Below, piece by piece: positions 55,936 through 64,000 of a stretch of DNA of 64,000 nt. Source of the DNA: the human T2T-CHM13v2.0 reference genome, Homo sapiens; NCBI RefSeq assembly GCF_009914755.1, contig NC_060933.1. One strand, 5' to 3'. The position numbers and the translations under genes were made by a program. Positions within the stretch are counted from its first letter, which is position 1. Every line of letters begins with the position of its first letter. The notes beneath the pieces were generated by a model. It saw nothing but the letters and a program-made list of their open reading frames with translations. It did not search any database and was not told the DNA's origin.

Positions 55936-58788
55936 AATATACTAATATATGCTTTACTCACTTTAAAAAAAAATCAGCTTTCAGTGAAATGAAACTCTTT
56001 AAACTAATAATAAACGCCCTTGGTGCTCTGGTTCTTGTATACCTTTCTATACCTCATCCAAATCTTTTATAGACAATTCTATATTTCAGAATGGACTTTG
56101 TTAAAGGCATGCAACATTGTGGAAAAATTAAAAATGCTAACTAAATTTAATAAAAGTGGTCTAAAATACCCTATGTGGTCTTTCTTGTTGTGAAGTTCAG
56201 CAAAATTCTTTTCTGTAGAAGGTCTCAAAAGTCAATCACTAATAAGCTGAGGTATGTGAGTTTTTATTCTATCTAAATGTATTTCTAGCCTCACAATTTA
56301 AGACTCACAAAAACACAGCCTTTTGTTTTTATTTTTTTCCCTTTCTTTTCATAAATTGGACAGCCTGTTTGACATGGAGAAAAAAAATTCCCCTTCTCCT
56401 TCAGTCTTGTATTTAAGCCCTGTCTACAATAACTGTAACATTAAATAAAGCTTTGTATATATATCCCATAAATATTTCATAGAATTCTAACTCAAGCTAA
56501 TAATGTACTTTAAATGAAAAGAGAAAATATAATAATCTTTCAGATGAATCTTCGTATTTTTGCTCTTTCTTCCAAAGATATATTTTGGAAGGAAATAAGA
56601 GAAAATTATGGGAACATTATCTAAGCCAAATTTTAGTTTCTGTCCTAAACCAAATTTCTATAAACAAAAGCAGTTTTTATTACCTGTTTGTTTTACTCAT
56701 GAACTGTATGCTCCTCAAGGTTAGTTCGGCTATATAGAGGCAATTCCTTCCATTTAGTATATTACTTTTATCAAAACTAAATATTTGAAATGTTACTAAC
56801 ATATTAGCATCTATAAATCTCACTACTATCCTGCTCATAAACCCTATAAAGTGAAAATTATATGGCATATTGTAGAGCTCATCCTAAGCAGAAAAATATT
56901 CCTGAAACATGTCTAGAAGCTCCAGATTTAACATAATTATTTAGGTTTTTCAACTACCCTGGATAGAAGATGTCTATACCATTTATACATTTATTCTGCA
57001 GGAAAATATGCTTTAATTTTCTGAATGTCATTTCAAAGTGAATACACCTCTTTAGGACTATCTTTTGATGTACACTGTAAAAGTCTGGTGTTATGAAATG
57101 CATGAGTACATACGGTTTCCTTGAATCGCACTCGAAACACTATAGTATTATTTGAAAAATCTTTTAAAAGTATTCTTAAAAACCACATATTACTCTTTTA
57201 GAAATATTATTGCTGTAAAAAAAAGTGGACAACAAAAAAAGAACCACATATCCTCCCAAGCCCTCCTCAATAGTTATGTAATATTTACCAAGTGAAAATG
57301 ATCACAAAATATATATATCAAAAATGAAAGAAAGAACACTGTAGAAAAATAATGCTTACCTTTTCCACCACAATGGTATTTAAATTCTACCATCTTGACT
57401 TTCTATTAATATAAAATAACACATGTAGGAGAAGGTAGATGTATCTTTCATAAACCCAATGCAACAATTTTAACAAAAGCCAAACCTTGACTAAAATAAA
57501 TGGCAACCAGACTCATAGCAAGGCATATTTGACCTGTGGCATAGGCAAATCTAAAAAGTTTGTGAAATTTAAACTATCAGACACTCCTTAGGTCTAGGAA
57601 ACCACAACTTATGCTCAGGATGCTGTTTGGGCCTTCAAAGCAATATGCTCAAGTGAATAAATCATACGTGAAAACCCTATACTATAGCATTCTTTTATAA
57701 AGTTCCTTTTTAAGAAGTGTTCTCCTTCTAAGGGTGTGCCCCTTTCAGGTCCCAGATACTTTTCCATATGGGAAATGTAATACAGTAAAGCTTCCTTCCA
57801 TCTGGTGCCTTGAAAAACATTTATGAAGAAGTTTACATCTTTGATAATTTTGATACTCCAGACGTCTCTTTGTCAAAGTTATCCTAAAATATGAACCTTA
57901 GCAATCATAATTTATATTAACAGCCTGGATCCAGGTGTAAGGTAGAACAGAGGAAAGAGAAGACAAAGCAGATGGTACTGCCTGAAGGTTCTTCTCACTG
58001 TCCTACCAATTGGACACTGCTTTTCAGAAGAACCTACTGGCACTAGACTATCACCTTCTTAATTATATACATATATTACTTATCAGTCAAGCTATCAGAT
58101 GAACTAAAATTCTATGTACTGAGTGAAGGAAACTAACAAAGGGAATACAGACTAATTCTAAATCTGGTACTCTACTTTAACAGGCACCACAACTTAATAT
58201 AAAACATCTACATTTTAATTGGCCCAATTACTCCCCACGTGGCACTGGCAACAGCAATTCCACAGAGATCGTCTCGTTCTAAATGAGTGACTTCACAGGC
58301 AGTTTTTCTAAAATGATCCTGATGGGGCTAAAAATGATCATCTTTGATTTCTCACTAAAAGGAAATTTTAAAATAAGTTTTCATTAACTTGTCGAAACAT
58401 TTTAAGGAATGGGAAGGAAATATATCTTTTGCTGCTTACCTTCTATAATCTAATAAATAAGTGGGTTTTCCATAATGGACAGCAAAATCTCAGTAACTGA
58501 AACTAATATAAATGTTTTTAATTCAAAAAGTGGGGGCCAGGTTGAAATTTACGTTAGTCAGTCATTTAATTGCAGAGTTTGAATTAATATTATTAAAATA
58601 CAACCAAGACAGTTGAAAAATGTTTAAAATTCCTTAAAGCATTGACTTTTCAAGTAAATTGGTAGTATGTCCAAAGAGTCTATTTACATATAATTAATGA
58701 CTGCAATAATTATAGATCATACTTACGTTTTCATTAGAAAACATACCCAGTGATCTCCCCTTTCCCTTAATTTAGCCTGAGTCACCAA

Positions 58789-58958
58789 CTTCCACTAAAC
58801 TGAAAGCTGTAACAGAGGGGCATGGTGTCTGTCTGTTTACCACTTGTAATATACCATGGTGTGTGTGTGTTTACCACTTATAATATACCACTTCCACTAA
58901 ATTGAAAGCTGTAACAGAGGGGCATGTTGTCTGTCTGTTTACTACTTGTAATATACCA
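58789..58958. repeat. Nested tandem duplication (68 bp + 34 bp + 68 bp) in a probable L2 remnant
   Basis: 58789-58856 matches 58891-58958, and 58857-58890 copies the 3' half of the unit. Confidence 0.9.
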
Positions 58959-59044
58959 GTTATCTCTTGAATAAATACATTTTCCTGAATCCTCAAAACA
59001 GGGGGAAAAAAACAAATAGAATATTTGTGGGGAAAAATAAATAC

Positions 59045-59743
<699 letters not shown>

Positions 59744-62700
59744 TTAAAGACTACACACTAAATAAACAGAATATATCAAATTATATATCTTAAATTAGCA
59801 GTAATGAGTAGCAAACTTCTATTCACCACCTGTAACTTTTCTAGATGCACCTCCCAAAGTTTTAACCAGATGTCTCAATTCATTTTTATTAAAAATTAAC
59901 ATGCATAGTAAAAAAAAGACAATTTTCTTTCTGTATCTGACCCCCGCAACCATGCAACTATTTAACGTGATTTTTTTTTTTTTTTTTTTTTTTGGTAACT
60001 GCAAGACACAACCCAGGGTAACCAGAAGTTACTGTGAAATTCTCAAACTTGCAAAAGAAGCAAATATCTGCATATAAAAATTTTGTTTCAGGAGAATACT
60101 AGGGGGAATTTAGACTGGAGAAACATTTCCACTTGTGTATTGAAAAGAATAAAATCATTATTTAAACACTCTAAGCTTCAAACTTTCCATTAATCCAAAC
60201 TGACCTACTTATTAACTCAAAATGCTAGTGTTTTCTCCTATCATATACGTCAATACGCATATTACAATGGTTGGGCACATGAGTATAGGGTCTCTATATC
60301 TAAAACTTTGACTTAAAGTTAACCAACTATTTCTCAAATCCTTAAAATAATTTTTGTGGATAATTTTTCAATAGCCTTATAAGGCATACAAGCATAACTG
60401 GCTACAAAAAAGTGTATATGTAAAGGGAGTTAATGGCCTTGCTTAATTAAAATGTAAAACTTCAGCATCTTAAATTCCATTTATGTGATTTTAAAGGAGG
60501 CTTCAGTAAGTCGCTCTTTTGACAGGAGCATTCAGATTGCAGAGAAGGCTACAAAGGCGCTAATGACATTTACCCCCCTAATAAGAGCTGTTCACACTTC
60601 ATGGTTTTTCCTTGTTATTGCTCAGGACAGACACTAGCACCTCATTGAAAGATCAGTGCTGCAAGGGAAAAAGGCCCCCTGAGACATCTCAGACCTGAGG
60701 AAAAGCACTAAATCAGGTGATGCTACAAAGATGACATGTTTGATTCTCCAGGGTTCTTACTCGCCCTATGGCCATGGATTTGAGGCAGTTAACACACAGC
60801 CAATCAAAACCCTCCCCTACTCCCAGAAGACAGGGCCATCCTCTTCTGCAGCAGGCATAGTAAAGGCTAGAGAGAAAAGAAATAAACTTCCTTCAGGTGC
60901 CCTAGGTCTGGCAGGATCCAAATGTCTTGTACTGCTCTCAGTTAATCTCCATCGATGTGTGGCTGAATGAATAACACACTGACCTTTTCACCTAAGAGAC
61001 CACAATTTGAATCCAACGGAAAGTCACCAGAGAATCAATGGACAGAGGCACTCATATTTTAAAGCAATAAAGCACTGCAAGAAAGGAAAGGGGGAAAAAG
61101 TTTTTTACCACGGTTTTGGCCACAGATTCAACCCGGTTTCCCTGGCTCAGCTATTATGAATTGGAACCCTGATTCAGAATTGAAAAGCTCCCAGAACTGC
61201 CTCTATGGATCTCAAAATCTGGCACAAGCCCATGGCTACTGCAAGACAGACATTCCCTCACATGTCAATACGTGGAAAAGCAGAAAAGCAATCCCTGCTG
61301 GTGATGGAATGATGGCTGACTCAATGGAATATACTCAGCAGGAACTCTAATTCTGGCAGAGATGACAGCACAGAGACAAGTAGCTCTTAATTACTCTTTC
61401 CAGGGGAATTTAAGTGTATTTTGTTGTTGTTAATTCAAAATTTCTCAATGTGTGTGCATGCTTAAAAAGAGGCAAATGAATGCAGCAATTTAAGGTGCTT
61501 CCCTGGTTACCTAATTTTCTTATCAACACATCATAAAATAAACAGACTTCATATTAACAGACTCTCTAGAGACAAAACCTATGGGATACTCTATTGTCAG
61601 TTTCTCTGAGGAAGCCTGACCTACCATGACCATAAACCAATATTGTCACTGATCTGTGTTCCAAACATTCTCCTATTTATCCTACTAAGGAATCTGAAAA
61701 AAAATGCCTATTGTGCACAGAGCCTTCCTTCAAAATTGCATCTCAGAGAAGATGCAATATACGCCAGTCTTCAAATAACCACATTTACTCAACTGCTGTT
61801 TTTAAAATCAAGAAAGAAAAAAAAATCCACAGCAGGAAAAGCACATTAAAATAAAAATAGAAAATACAGTAACCACATTACTCACACTAACTAGAAAGCT
61901 GCCTCTGACACTATTATTATGGCTTTAAGAGAGAAAATTACATGAGAACAAGGAAATCAGGTTAACACATTTCCTTACAGAGAGAACCTTTGGTTCTCAA
62001 AGTCTTTGAAAAATGCTTTTCTGGGGGCTAATGTAAGAAATACACAGAAAAATGACGATGAGTTCGAGCAGAAAATACATCCCAGACAATGTTTCACTCT
62101 CTTATTTGGGGGGCCTCATGTATTATGATCTACTATAGCCATGCAAGTCCCCTATCTCAAGTCTACCTTGACTGAAAAAAAGAGAGAAAGAAAAGAGAGA
62201 GAAGAAGATGGGGGAGGGGACAGGGAGAGAGGAAAAGTAGACATAACAGATCACTCAGTTGCCACCAACAAATGAAAAAACTTCCTAGATACCAACAGGA
62301 CCACAATGGTAGGTTTCTAAAACAATTGTTCATGCATCACTAGCTAGTTAGCCACATCTTTAAAATCTAAGGCTATCGGCAACAAATGCCAAGTTTGTAA
62401 ACAATCAGAATCACTAGTGACTTCCCTAAGAAAGAAGTGTATGCAAACATCAGACAAATCAAGAAGAGCTTCAGATCATCAGGCCTAGATGTGGCCTAAC
62501 CATGCATGGTCACTCATTCTCCTAGCAAAGTATTGGCCCACATTTTGTTTTACACTTCCGTCAGCATTACATACAGGTATCATGAAGAAATCAAATAAAT
62601 GTATCTTTATTTGCATTTGTCCCATCTGTATGAATTTAGCAAAAGCTTCCAGAAACCCACACAGATCCTTATCTCATTTTCTACTTTTCACAGCCCTTCA

Positions 62701-64000
62701 AGATTTCATACACCAGCACTTGAAGTAAGTCACTCAAAAGAAACAGATAGTAGACTAAGACTCAGCCTTGAGAGTTTTCTCATGACTCTTCATTATAGTC
62801 ACAGAGGATTTCATTCCTGTACAAGTCCCCCTCATCTTCCACTGGGCTATTCTGTCAAATTGGGGGAAATACTAGAAAAGGACACAGTAGCTCAAATAAA
62901 ACGTATGGGCAACTGGAAGACTCATAAAGCTCCCGTTGCTCTAGAAACTTAAGGGTTGGGGTGGGGGGACTAGGAGATCATTCTACTTCAGGAATTAAAT
63001 TTACTAAGCTCCACTATGAATTTAACATATTACTTCTCTTCATCCTGAAAGCTCCTTTAAGAAGGCACCATCAAGAAAATACGGCTCATAGAAATTTTGT
63101 GCTTTTTGTATGGCTAGAGAGTTAATTGGTGCTAGAATTAAGGTTTAAACCCAAAGCTCAGAGCTTTCCACTTTAAATTCAACAAGAAGGATGTATGAGT
63201 GCTGCTCAGGAGATCATATGATTTAATCAGTGCCATCACAGACAATGTCCATTTCAAGTAAATCTGAACTGATTCTTATCAAATGGAGACTGGCCAGTGA
63301 GCTGTGGACTCATTTCTGCTCCTCCTGGGGGAATGCAAAAGCCTCTTCATGTCCCACAGGCGCAAATCCTATTCCGGCAGTCACTGCATTCCATCCTGGA
63401 ATCTGGTAAGCCATATATTTTTATTTTGCAAGAGTAAAGGGAGGAATATTTTCATTTTAACTCTGAGCACAAAACATCAAGCTTTGTCCTTGGATCTAAG
63501 GTGTTTATTTTCATTGCCGTTCAAATAGTTAGAGCTTTGGCATGGGATTCAAAATCCCTGTATTCCACTTCCAGCTTTGCCTCTGCCTGAGGCCTCCCCA
63601 TCACGGTAACTTTAAAACCAAGGATAATAGTCTCTGAAACTATCTCTCTAATAGGGAGGTTAGGAGGCTTGCCAGGACAGTGTTTGTAGAGTGGTCCAAG
63701 CACTTTAGAAAACAGACACTATAAATACAACACACTGCTCTGAATCATCTATTTTTTGTATATCCCTGCCAAAGACAGGGGGATCCTGACCAATCATACA
63801 TGTGATCCTTCTTTCCTGAAAAAGAATCACATATTGGTGACATAATGCAGCGACACCTTCCTTATGTCATGGTGTTGATAATCCAATCTTTACTTGGTAT
63901 CAAATAATCCCCCCTTTATGTCAATTTTCTGGGTGATCTGAATATTTTTGTAGTTTATATAATACAACTTTCCATCATTTGTTTAGAGCTCACCGATTAG

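Overview
This 64-kb window is primate non-coding genomic DNA, most likely human or another ape (AluY/S/J, L1PA/L1PB and an ERV9 LTR12 are present). I find no credible protein-coding exon, RNA gene, CRISPR array or CpG-island promoter outside the LTR. The long ORFs in the track come from the LTR12, Alus or simple repeats. The repeat content is one full-length LTR12C-like solo LTR (178-1469, CCAT TSD), THE1 and MLT1 LTRs, about 20 Alu copies (many with readable TSDs), a FAM monomer, L1/L2/MIR fragments, hAT DNA-transposon fossils and several simple repeats. Repeat-poor stretches between them may hold enhancers. The layout fits a large intron or intergenic region, and I cannot name a host gene. 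I see no convincing new biological system. The best leads are modest: a minisatellite built from an inverted copy of its host L1 sequence, a palindrome-rich 32-bp tandem repeat, a dispersed 106-bp local duplication, closely spaced inverted Alu pairs, CpG-retaining unique segments and a few candidate small exons. Subfamily calls come from recalled consensus sequences and need RepeatMasker/Dfam confirmation.
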